A DNA stretch of 64,000 nucleotides. It comes from Podarcis tiliguerta (Eukaryota). Below, piece after piece: positions 12,143-22,963 of the stretch. The notes beneath the pieces are model-generated. The model saw nothing but the letters and a program-made list of their open reading frames with translations. It did not search any database and was not told the DNA's origin. Position 1 is the stretch's first letter. Every line of letters begins with the position of its first letter. The DNA lies in the NCBI GenBank assembly GCA_965153285.1, contig OZ229115.1. One strand, given 5' to 3'. The translations under genes and the position numbers were made by a program.

Positions 12143-12611
12143 CCCAGGGGGTCTGTCAGAGGACTCTCCCCCCTGCTGGAGCGCCTTGCCACGACGTCTC
12201 CCCCTTCCCCGCCTATGCCTGCCTTCCGCTGTCGAAAGCGCCCTGCTCTCCCTCGGCGCCTCTCAAGCGCGGAGGCAGGCAAGGCTCCGCGAGTGCGCGC
12301 GCACGCGTACTTATTCGCCGATGTCCACACGCGCACACACACCCTCACGCACAATTACACACGCCTCCTCCCGAGCCAGAAATAGCCTCGCGCGCGTCTC
12401 GCGCCCCCACTCCACTCCCTTTCTCTGCCGAGCCGGCAGCATCTCGCAGGCGGGCAGGGAGGGCCCGTTTTTTGTTCGCCTTGCCTCTCGCTTCGCTTCC
12501 CCCCTCAGTTTCCCCAGCGGCGCTGGAGGAGATAGGAGGGGCCGGGCGCTCTGCGCTTCTGTGAGCGCGCGCGCGCCGGGGCGGGGAAGGTGGCACCGGC
12601 TGCTTTGATAG

Positions 12612-12785
12612 CGTGTGTCTCTCTTTTTTTCCTGTTTTATCCCACCTCCTCCTCCTGCCTTTTCCCCCCACCCCTTTTCTCTCTCTCTCTCTCTCTTTCT
12701 CCCCTCCCTCCCTCCCCTCCTCCGACCTTCCCGTTTTCCTCCTCTCCTCCTTCTTTCATTCTTTCTTCTCCCTCCGTTGCTTCAG
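12612..12785 (+). other. Long polypyrimidine tract and putative 3' splice acceptor (TTCAG|AGGCT) upstream of the NAV1 ATG
   Basis: No AG between 12612 and 12783; the tract is almost pure C/T. The first AG is at 12784-12785, and the frame from 12786 is open into the ATG at 12830 (phase 1). Confidence 0.6.
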
Positions 12786-12829
12786 AGGCTGGGCTTTTAA
12801 ATGGTTTCCTCGCGGCGGGCGGGAAGAAG

Positions 12830-13655
12830 ATGCTTGGCAGCGGCGGCGGCGGCAACAGCAACGACGTCAGGAGGCTGCAGCGCGACGCGGAGCTGAGCGG
12901 CGACGAAGGGCCCGAGGAGGCGCTGAGGGGCTACAAGAAGCAGGCGTCGGCGTCGTCGTCGGGCGACGGCAGCAACAAGGCCATGATGCAGAAGCGAGCC
13001 AGCGGCAAGGGCCCCGGCGGCGTGGCGGCGCCCAAGGCGCCGGCCGAGCTGAAGGTCTTCAAGGCCGGCAGCGTGGAGGGCCGAGGGCCGCTGGCCTCGA
13101 ACCTGCGCAAGCAGAAGTCGCTCACCAACCTGTCCTTCCTGACGGACAGCGAGAAGAAGATGCAGCTGTACGAGCCCAAGTGGAGCGACGACATGGCCAA
13201 GGCGGCCAAGGGCTTCGGCGGCCGGAGCCTCAAAGGCGGCAAGGAGGCGCCGCCGCTCATGTCCAAGAACCTCTCGCGCTCCGAGCACTCGCTCTTCCAG
13301 GCCAAGCTGGCGCCCCCGGCCGCCGGCAACAAGCCTCCGCCGCCGCTGGCGCCGCTGCCCTCCAACCTGGGCAAGCCCAGCCGCATCCCGCGAGGGCCCT
13401 ACGCCGAGGTCAAGCCCCTCAGCAAGGCGCCCGAGGCCGGCAGCGGCAGCGACGACCTCAAGTCGGACGACGAGATCCTCTCCAGCAAAGGCAAGGCGGC
13501 GCAGCAACAGAAGCAGCAGCAGCAGCAGCAAGCGGCCACCCAGCCAGCCGGGAAAGGGGCGCCGGCGGAGGAGAAGGCTTTCCTGAAGGTGGATCCCGAG
13601 CTGGTGGTCACCGTGCTGGGCGATCTGGAGCAGCTGCTCTTCAGCCAGATGCTCG
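12830..13655 (+). CDS. NAV1: Neuron navigator 1, large N-terminal coding exon (partial CDS, ends in phase 1)
   Basis: The translation matches the recalled vertebrate NAV1 N-terminus block by block (MLGS, AELKVFKxGSV, SNLRKQKSLTNLSFLTDSEKKxQLYEPxWSDDMAKA, PLMSKxLSxSEHSLFQAK, NLGKPSRIPRGPYAEVKPLSKAPEA, KSDDExLSSK, AFLKVDPELVVTVLGDLEQLLFSQML). The ATG at 12830 has A at -3. The donor CTCG|GTGAGT at 13655/13656 falls where the next residue would be D of DPESQ. Third codon positions are strongly G/C. An SxIP EB1-binding motif (SRIP) is at 13379-13390. Confidence 0.96.
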
Positions 13656-14317
13656 GTGAGTCCGTCTCTGCCGTCCCTCCCTCCCTCCCTTCCCATGGAT
13701 GGATGGATGGAAAGCTGCCTTGCTCGGTGAAGGTTATTGGGGAGACTTGAGTGGGAGGAGGAATGAGCGTCCCCTCCCCAGAGGACAGGTGTCAGCCGGC
13801 GCTCTTGGTTTTGGGGTGCCTGCATGGATTGGAGGGTGACCCTCCGCAGGCTTTCCTGCTCTCTTTGCAGAGGGATGCGGTGTAGCGTTTGACTGCCTTG
13901 CCTTGTAGGGTGCAAGGAGATTTTTAAGTGTGAGGAGTAATCAAGTTCGGCTCCAAAGTAGACCACTTCAGCCTGCTTATTTTATAACTGTAAGCACTCC
14001 GGGAGGCTTTCCTATCGCCTTCTTAATTCATTCATTTATTTTTGGTTTATCCCTTGAGTATAGCAAATAGGCTGTCTTTCACATCATCCCTGCCCTCCAC
14101 CCAGAAAAACCCTCCAGGCTCCCTCCAAAAGAGGCATCTCAACCCTAATTGAGCCAGCATACTAATAAATGTTAGTTAAAATCCCCCAGTTTTATGTGCA
14201 AAGGTGAAACAGGTAGCAAAAGTGGGCAGGAGGGAAGATAAATTTGATTCTGGTTCTTTTTTTCTTTTTCTTTTGCTCAAGACATCCAGGTTAAGGGAAA
14301 GCAAGGGAAAGAGAAAC

Positions 14318-14342
14318 ATTATTATTATTATTATTATTATTA
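14318..14342. repeat. (ATT)8 microsatellite
   Basis: Read directly from the sequence. Confidence 0.95.
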
Positions 14343-15674
14343 CATTTTAGCTGATGAAGCAGAGTAGATTTAGTTAGCAAGGGAGAGCTGTAAGAATAGA
14401 ACGAACCCAGACCTGGGGATTCAGCAGCAATGAGTGGAAATGGGGACTGCATGAGGATGCCGTAATTGGTGTTAAAATGGATGGCACCCCCTTTACTATA
14501 TTAGGGAGGAACAGTCGAAAAGGTCTATTGCTGCATATGCAGCTGTGCCATGCGAGCATCCTTATGGCAAACCTGTGAAGGAGGTATGTGTGCGTGAGAG
14601 AGAGAAGCAGAAATTGTGACTGCAACATGGGCTGTCATCCATGGAGCTGAGGCAGCAAGGACTGTGAGATGCTGCAAGACAGCTGGATTGCAGGCTGTGT
14701 CTGCATTTCCCATAAGGGGGTGTGCACACAGGGCACAGAATGAGCCGTCATTGCCTTCTGGTTGCTGTTGGTGAAAGAGGGGAGTGGTCGCCAACACAGC
14801 TCCCGTGCCAGCTGCAGCTGAAATGAAAACCTGCAACATGACAGTGGGGTACATGGCAGTGAGGAAGGAAGGATGTGTCAGTGCCTCCAGAACAGACAGA
14901 GAGGAGTAGACCCTGTTTGGTTACTAGGGAGATCTGCATAGGAGCAGCAGTTGCTAGCGCTTCAGTTCTGCTCTTGCTCTACTCCACCTGGAATCTCTCT
15001 ATTCGAGACACCCGCCCAGGAATGGCTGCTTTGCAGATGTCATAGGCTTAAGCGTAAGGGAATACATAGCAGCACCTCCTAAGCACCAACAATTTGGTTT
15101 CCATGCAACGGCTCAGCTCGTAATGATCAATCACTACGGAATACAAAATTCCCTGTTCCTCTCCTGCTTTGTAAATGCTTCTGTAACTGAACAGCAGGAA
15201 GATAATTCAAACAGAAGCTTCTGCGTTAAGGAACAGAAAGTCGGGAATGATGGGCACTAGGTTGGCGCTTTTAGAAACTTAGGATGGTTTGAATTGCCTT
15301 CAAATGCTGCCTATATCTTGCCTCACCCTTTGCATTGACTGCAATTGATGCTACTGGCTGAACTAAGCACAAGGCATAGATTCAGGTGCCAACAGCACTA
15401 TCTATGTGGGATGTGAGGTTGTAGGAGCATAAGCAGGGGAGTGGTTATGGAGGAGGAGGCTGGTAATTAGAAGCTGTGGAATGGGAGATAGGGAACTCAG
15501 TGCTGGAATAAGGAGCTATGGGGTTGGGGCTGAAGGACTTTATAACAGGTAGATCATGGGTCTAGAATGTGGGTAGGACTCAACTGGAGTCCCAACAGCA
15601 CTGTAGGGCCTGCTGCTGATTGAGGGTGGTAAATGGAATATGTGTAATTAGGGCACTGTTACACATGATAGCGA

Positions 15675-15873
15675 AGAAAGGGCAGTACCTTAGCGAAAGA
15701 GCACACACTTTGTATGTGAAAGGTCTCAGGTTCAACCCTTTCCATCTCCAAATAGAGCTGGGGGGAAAACTCCACCTGAAAGCCCCAGAGAATTGCTGCC
15801 ACTGAATATTGACAATACTGAGCTAGATGGATGACTGCCCTTTCTGTAAGAAGGCAGCTTCCTGTTTTTCCTA
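15675..15873 (+). mobile_element. tRNA(Ala)-like-headed SINE, diverged copy
   Basis: Aligns end to end with 3947-4140 (GACAATACTGAGCTAGATGG...AAGGCAGCTTCCTGTTTTTCCTA). Confidence 0.75.
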
Positions 15874-17589
15874 AATGGAGACAATATCTCTGTAGGAAAA
15901 CAGTTTATGCTTGGGTGTGTACCCCATAACATTTGAAGATGGTGTGACAATATTCATGGCAAAATAATATTTGTGCCATTTTGAAAAATGACAGTGTGCT
16001 ATCTTTGTGCAGGGAAAACTATGATTTACCAGATAATGCTGGAGCGAGGGTGGAAAGGGAATGCAGAGCCAGCATAGAATGTAAAGATTTGTATCAGAGT
16101 TACTGGGCATTGACAGAACTGGGGAGAGTACCATGCAAGGCTGGTGTAGCAAATATAACTGGGCATTAGAATGGGTAGCATTGGCAAATTCATGGAAGGG
16201 AATGACGTAGAGGGCTGCCATTTGCGAATTACAAGTCTGTAAATCCATAGAGTGAAACTTCTGTGTAGTGTATCTCCCATCCTGCACTTGGCTGTAGCAA
16301 AGACCAGGTTTTTTGGTTTGCAAATGAAGTATGTTTTTTAAAAATCACAACAAAATGTGATATAGGAATTAGAGGCTTGGTTTTGCTTGTCCAGTGGGGT
16401 ATAGAAGAAGCAGGTTGCTCAGCAGCTGGTTTGTGTTTCTAGTGGAAACACTTGGGCTTCCATTTCCCCAAAGCGCCCTCCAGAAAGGAGATCACACTGC
16501 AGTCTTGGCTGATAATTGACCTGCTGTCTTTATTCCTCTCCCCTCTATTCCAATGAAGACGTAGCTTGTAAAAGCTGAACAGTGTGTAAGAACTAGGAAA
16601 AAAAGACAATTGAATAATGAAACCTGCTTTCTGCCCCTTCCTTGCACCTCCTCCTATTGTATCATATAGAAACATGTGCACTTAGTTCCCATTTTGTAAA
16701 ATGAAGAATTTGGAGCTTACCTTGATCTTCAGATTCTTCATTCTGTTTACCCCCCCCCCCCGACACCCACCCACCCACCACCACCACCACCAACAACAAC
16801 AACACCTGGAGCAACCTGAGCACGTGTTGAATTACCTTCCATTCTTGAGCTGGATGAAGAGAGGGGAAGGTTACAGGAAAGTCCTAAGAATATATAAAGA
16901 GCTATACTCTATCAGATGAGATGTATGTTTAACCCAATGCCTGCCCCTGCCAGATTTGAATGCTTCAGTTAATTTATAATTGCATGGGGTTGCAACAGAG
17001 TAGTGAATTCCTTTTGCTTGTAATCTTGGAAGCATAATGCTAGGGACACCCTGAATTTGAACTTCCTATATCTGTCTTCCATCAAATTACCTAGTTCTTG
17101 GATTAAGTTATACTGCTGGCAGAGAGTCCAATGTGAGCCGTGAGAAAAATATTTACTCTTGTTTTTGCTGTGTCTTGTTGAAAGAGCAGAAAACCTCTGT
17201 CTGTCCTCTTGTTATTTTGCATATATTATTTATCCCTTACTTGGGATCCCATTTTTTAGGTTGAAGCTTTTTTTGAAAATATTTTTTATTGCTTTACTTT
17301 GCATAAATGGAATCCTATTCCTGGTAACCTTTGTTGCTCCTGTTTGTCTTTTTTAGCTTTCTCTATGTAATATAGCCAGGACTGCTTAAAAAGTGCAGTA
17401 CCATATTTTTAAAAAAATCTTTAAAAAATAATAATTCATCACATTCTGTTTGTCTTTTTGGTGACTGTAGCACATCAGTGCTGCCATTTTCAGAAAGCTC
17501 TCTGTAGCAGTTTAAGGATCGCTTAAATTAATAGCAATAACTAATTTGATCCTGTGCGCAACCTTGTTGGGTGTTACTTTTCCTTAATG

Positions 17590-18070
17590 TATGTGTAACT
17601 CAGCATCTACCATCACTGAAATTTATTTGCGATTTTGTTGTGCATCCCTGTAGTGCTAGGGGAACCTGCTGAAACTCTTCACAGTGTGCTTATGATTAAG
17701 CTACTTTTAATTATTTGTCATTATATGCAGATCTGTTCACACCTTTTTCCAGGTTGTTAATGAATACTTAGCAAGAGCAGGTTCCCATGCAGATCCTTGG
17801 AGACACCTCATGGTACACCTCTTTTCACTGAGATAACAGCCCATAAATTCATTCTCATTCCTTTATTTATCCAGCTGAATGATCCAGAAAAAGACATTCC
17901 ACTTTATCCTGTGACTGTTAAGGTTTTTGGGAAACTTTTGTGAGGGGACCCCATCAAAGGCTTTTTTGGAAATCAAAGAAGGGTTAACCTTATCTACATT
18001 TTTTTTTTGCAAGATGACCTCAATTTCTATTTGGTTAATGAGGTCTGATTCAGTGTAACACATCTCATGC
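17590..18070 (-). mobile_element. Decayed CR1 LINE reverse-transcriptase fragment
   Basis: The minus strand gives KAFDGVPSQKFPKNLNSHRIKWNVFFWI (cf. KAFDKVPHxRLLxKLxxHGI), then a frameshifted GVxQGS...IFINNLEKGV. Boundaries are approximate. Confidence 0.8.
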
Positions 18071-18208
18071 CAGCAGCTAGAGATTCCCTTTGTAAGAAAA
18101 ATAACAACCTGGTTTTCCGTGGATGGATGGGGTGGAAGAAGATAAGAGATAATTACAGAGCAGGATTGGGGAATTATAGTTCCCACCATGTCTGACCATT
18201 AGTCTTGC

Positions 18209-18360
18209 CATGGGCATAGCCAGGGGGGTGCAGGGGACAGCTGCCCCCCTAAATCAAGTAAATAAATAAAACTAATTGACTAATTGCATTGCAGTTAACT
18301 TGGTTCTGTCCCCCCAATATAAAGCCTGCTCCCCTAAAATAAATCCTGGTCACACCCATG
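18209..18360. mobile_element. hAT (Tip100-like) MITE nested in a palindromic MITE
   Basis: TIRs CATGGGCATAGCCAGG / CCTGGTCACACCCATG; TSD AGTCTTGC / AGCCTTGC. The flanks rejoin into the palindromic MITE family. Confidence 0.85.
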
Positions 18361-20470
18361 AGCCTTGCTTGCTGGTGCTGATGGGAACTGGAGTCAGACA
18401 ACATCTGGAGGACCACAGGTTCCAGGCTTTTTCTCTATTTCTCTGTTGCAATCAGTGTTCTGATGTAGATTGTTATTGCTCACAGGTTATTTTGCACCTT
18501 CACTCCTTTTCATAATTCTCAGTGCTTCATTTCCTTGCCCATCCGTGTTTCAGTATTATTCTTCCTTCATTTTAGCACTTCCTCCTCCTAGTACTCTGAC
18601 CAGCTCGCAAGCTGTGCTCAGTACTGATTGTGCACTTGGGTTCTAGGTATGTGTCCTACCACATACGGTAGTTTCTCTTTGGGAATGGCTAGTAGCTTGG
18701 AACATGAAAAGTTAGGCAATCCCCTCCTTTCCCTATAAAATAAAGGAAGAAATAGCATGTCTCTTGGTGCAGATCACTGCATACATGAGATGTGCTATGT
18801 CAGCATAAAAAAGGGAGTGAAATTCCCTCATAGCAGCAGAGGAAATCATAATGAGGGACACCCTGGGATGTTTGCCTGGACTAACACAAAAGATATCCAG
18901 GAAGTTAAATGCCTCTTCAATGAGGTTTTAATGTCAGTTCAAAGAAATCTAGACATAGGACTCCAGTGAGAACTCAGAATGAAGTGCAGATTGCATCATC
19001 TGTTTGTGGTATATCCGGGTACTTATTGGGTTAAAAATAGCTGTTGCAGGTGTATCCTTGGCATCAATTAGCCAGTGACTCATTTTGTATATACCTAACC
19101 ATGGTCAAGCTGCTGCTATCAATGGACTACATTTCCCTTTGAAAGTGAAGAAGCACATCATAGAGATTATACACTGAAATATCAGCATAAATACAACTAT
19201 GGATTTTGACTTGTGGGCCTCATTCTTTCCCTAGTCTTTCAGCATGTAAATGGCACCACATGCCAGTCAAGCACATGCCATTTGAGCAATCCCAGTGAGT
19301 TTTCAAATATGTTAGCAATATAAAGTCTGGAAATTGAAGAAATCTCTATACTTCATAGGAAGCTTGGTCACCAGGGATGCAGTTAAGAATGCTTTCCACC
19401 TTGCAGCAAAATCGTTAACACACTATCAGTCATGATGGACACTATTCTCTGCCACCATGTATGCTTCTGAATACCAGTTTCTGGAAACTGTGGCGGGGAA
19501 CAAACCAACCAACCAGTCATTTTATTTGTATGCTGTGTTTCCAAAGTTAAAACCATGCTCAAGGTGGTTTGCAACAATTAAAAAATTACAAACAACCAAA
19601 AGTAATCATAAACAATAAATAAAAGATCACAATGTACAAAACCAAGTCAAACAATTTCCATGTAAATCATGGTAAGATCTAAAATAAAGATTAAAAAATA
19701 ATATCAGTAACAGCAACAACCCTCCCGATACCCCAGCCCAAGAGTCTATTCAGCAGTCTTGACATTTGCAGCTGGAGCCAGTCAGGGCCCCACCCTCCCA
19801 GTCCCTGTGAAAAAAGGCTTGCAAGGCAAGGAGCAGGTCTTCCAGGACTCACAGCCACCTAGGGGTCTGCATGTGGCTGGGATTCTTGCAAAAAATGCAA
19901 CAGTAAGTGTACTACAGTCTGATTCTGCAAGGCACTTATTTTCCTAAGCAGGTGTTTGTGCCCAGGATTACTTAACAATGGTTAGTAAATGTTTTAACTG
20001 TTAAGAGATCCTGGTTATGCACTTTCTCTTTGTTAATTTAAGACCCACTGGTTAATTATAGGGATTCCAGTAATTCAAAAAGTCAAAAGCAAATGAAAAA
20101 CTGGTCAATGTCAATAAAGAACCCACAATTTCAGTCATGCTGTGTTCCTAAGTATTTTTTGCTATCTGCTTCAGTGTGTGTGTTGTATCGAGAGAGTATC
20201 CCTGTGAAAGTTCACAGACATGCATGGATACTCCAGGAGGAGATTGTGGCCAACAATTATCTGCTGGGTGGAGATACTGGCAGGGAGAGGAGTTGCTTTG
20301 TCTTTGGTTTGGACAGTAAAACTGTGAAAGCCATTACTTTGGAAGGAAGGTTAGGATATTAAATACATATATACACACTTTTAGGACAGCTGCACCCCCT
20401 GTAATGAAATCAGAGGCAAGAATGTTCGTCTGAGGCTAGCAGTGCATAAATTACATCCATTCCATTTTCT

Positions 20471-20777
20471 CAGGGGTTAGCAAACCTTTTCAGCAGGGAG
20501 CTGGTCCACTATCCCTCAGACCTTGTGGGGGCTGGATTATATTTTTTTTGGGGGGGTGAACGAATTCCTATGCCCCACAAATAACCCAGAGATGCATTTT
20601 AAATAAAAGCACACATTCTACTCATGTAAAAACATCAGGCAGGCCCCACAAATAACCCAGAGATGCATTTTAAATAAAAGGGCACATTCTACTCATGTAA
20701 AAACACGCTGATTCCTGGACCGTCCATGGGCCGGATTTAGAAGGCAATTGGGCCGGATCTGGGTTTGCCTACCCATG
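20471..20777. mobile_element. hAT-Charlie-type MITE with internal 63-bp direct repeat
   Basis: TIRs CAGGGGTTAGCAAACC / GGTTTGCCTACCCATG; TSD CATTTTCT / CATTATCT; repeat copies at 20572-20634 and 20643-20705; GGGCCGGAT subterminal motifs. Confidence 0.9.
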
Positions 20778-22017
20778 CATTATCTCCTTAAGACCTCCCA
20801 TTCCTTGCTCATGTCAATTCTATTGGGTATCAAATTCCATTCTATATTGACCTTGTTGGATATGGTCTGTTGGGGCTTTGTTTGCAAGTTCTTCATCCTT
20901 TCTCTAGTAACCTGAGATTTCCACACCATTTAACTCACTGACTTCCCAACTCTCAGAAGATTTTCTCCCAGTCTGTTTGCTTTTCTTTGTCTTTAATTTC
21001 TCTCTTAACTATTAGGTTTCTCCTTATGTCATTCTTTGCTGTGACATGGGACTGATCCAACTCTTAGTATTTTCCGCCCCAACTGGATCCTAAGCTTGCT
21101 TTCTCAGAAGTTAACTGGGTTCATAGTTTTGCTGCTGCATTGTGTTTGGGACTCTACAGACCATTAGAGGTAGCACATGCCTTGCCCAAAGAGCTCATTA
21201 TTTTGCATCTTGATTGTACTTGAAATAAAGCTCTTGCTATTTGATTTCAGTGGAATTTGCACCAGTGTAATGGTTTCTGGATTGGGCTGTAAAGCTTGGA
21301 CCTTGTTGGCTCATGGAGCTGTCAAAAGATGGTACATCCATAGCAGGAATCTAAGACACCTTGTTGTTATAAACATCTGAAAATGAGACATTGATAGGTC
21401 AATTGACCAAAACCTGGAACATGTATTATGTTGTGTTCAGATGCTGAGGAACGTGTGCCAATTACTTTAAGAGAAAATATATTCTAAGAGGAGCAGATGT
21501 TCAAAACTATCAGAGCAGGGAGCTGTAAATATAAACATGGCTGTGGTTTGGTTAGAGGGGGCTTGGCCACTCCTCCTTCACATATTTTAACCATCCTGAG
21601 ATTAGGAGAAGGAGGGCTGCAAGTATCTATGCTTGCATAATTATTGCTATCACTCAATAATAGTCGAGACTTTGTAAAGGACATGTGCAAGCTTTGCTGT
21701 AGGAATCTGTCTTCATGTTTTGGTAGGGATCTCTAGAGGTTCTTGCAACAGAAACATCTGTTTTTGTAGTGACTATTTTCAACATACAAATTATATATTG
21801 CATGACTGCTAAAGGCTGAGTTGTAAAAGCTTGTGGTATATGGGTTTGGTAGTTACATAGACAACAGATTGGTGGAGGAAGGTCAGAGCTGTAAAGGAAC
21901 TGCATAAAAGGAAAACCTCTGTGTTCCTGTACCCTCAAGTAGGGCCACAAGTACACATATTTATGTGAATGCAAAATAGGTAACAATTATGCTTTCAATC
22001 CAGCATCTTTTGTACAA

Positions 22018-22170
22018 GAACCAATGTAGTCTAACGGTTTACATGGTGAACCAGGCCTGGGAGGTCCTGGGTTCAAATCACCCCTCAGCCATGAATATAT
22101 CACTTGAGTGGCTTTGGGGCATGCTACACTTTTTCAGGCTAACTGAGCTCCCAGGGTGGTTGTGAGACAA
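22018..22170 (+). mobile_element. MIR/Squam3-like SINE 5' part
   Basis: B-box GGGTTCAAATC followed by CCCTCAGCCATGAA...CCCAGGGTGGTTGTGAG. Confidence 0.65.
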
Positions 22171-22825
22171 TTTTCAGTTTTTGTGCAGACTTTGAAATCA
22201 AACACAATTCTTTAGCTATTTATTTCTTAAAATAACAAACCAGACTGAACTGATTGCATTACATACCGATATCTAATCTAGCTAATTGACTGTTCCAAGG
22301 GCAAAACAGGCTTACTTTAACTCACACATGCATGCACACGCATGCATTTCAGGGACTTGAGCACATCTTGTTGAGCACTTTACCTGTCACAACAACCTCT
22401 GTCAAGATAATTCCATCAACAGTTATTCACCAGGAAAACTAAATGGAACCTCCAGGAGGAATTCAGTGTTGCGCGATGCTGATCATTCCATCAGCGGAAG
22501 CATTACAGCTTGCCAGATGGGAACAATCCCTCTCTCCTCTCTCGCATGCTGTTCTGGGGCTACTCTTCACCCCCCCAGCCCATTTTTTTGGGGGGGGGGA
22601 GAGCCCCATTGCATAAGCAGAAATCTTTGCACTAGCTTCCATTGATGGGACTCATCATGTGAGTCCTGCCCATCTTGTTCAGGTGTAGCATACATCCAAC
22701 AACAGGTATTTGGACAAACAGGAGGGCTGTTGCTTTAAAGGCCTGCGTGTGAGCTTCTCAGAAGCTTTGGTTGGCCACTGTTGGAAACAGAATCGAGGAC
22801 TTGATAGCTCTTTGATCAACGTCAA

Positions 22826-22963
22826 CAGTTGGTAGAGCACCAGACTCTTAATCTCAGGGTTATGGGTTTGGGCCCCATATTAACCGAAAGATTCCTGCAT
22901 TGTAGGGGGTTGGACTATATGACCCACAGGCTCCTTTCCATCTCTCCGATTCTCTGATTCTAT
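22826..22963 (+). mobile_element. tRNA(Lys-CTT)-headed SINE with CR1 3' tail
   Basis: GGTAGAGCACCAGACTCTTAATCTCAGGGTTATGGGTT resembles tRNA-Lys(CTT). It is followed by ATTCCTGCATTGTAGGGGGTTGGACTATATGACC...GATTCTCTGATTCTAT, a CR1-type terminus. Confidence 0.8.

Larger units (their letters stand above)
12170..13680. promoter_or_regulatory. CpG island / NAV1 promoter-first-exon region
   Basis: Abrupt rise in GC and CpG density against CpG-depleted flanks. GC boxes (GGGGCGGGG near 12578-12586) and CG-repeat runs are present. Boundaries are approximate. Confidence 0.88.

Noticed and set aside
12590-12785. N-terminal extension of the 386-aa ORF (MAPAAL...FSLSLSLSP)
   Set aside because: It has a non-ATG start and is simply the translation of the polypyrimidine tract. 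The C-terminal GESVSAV... part is read-through into the intron.
12613-13659. 348-aa alternative-frame ORF overlapping NAV1
   Set aside because: It has no ATG anywhere and an R/Q/G/A low-complexity product. It is the expected shadow of extreme G/C third-position bias.
12797-13966. 389-aa antisense ORF
   Set aside because: It is the antisense mirror of a GC3-rich exon, where stops are rare. No recognisable domain.
20572-20705. Repeat-spacer-like pattern (also TAACCTGA repeats at 51381-51570)
   Set aside because: Internal repeats of MITEs in vertebrate DNA; not a CRISPR array.
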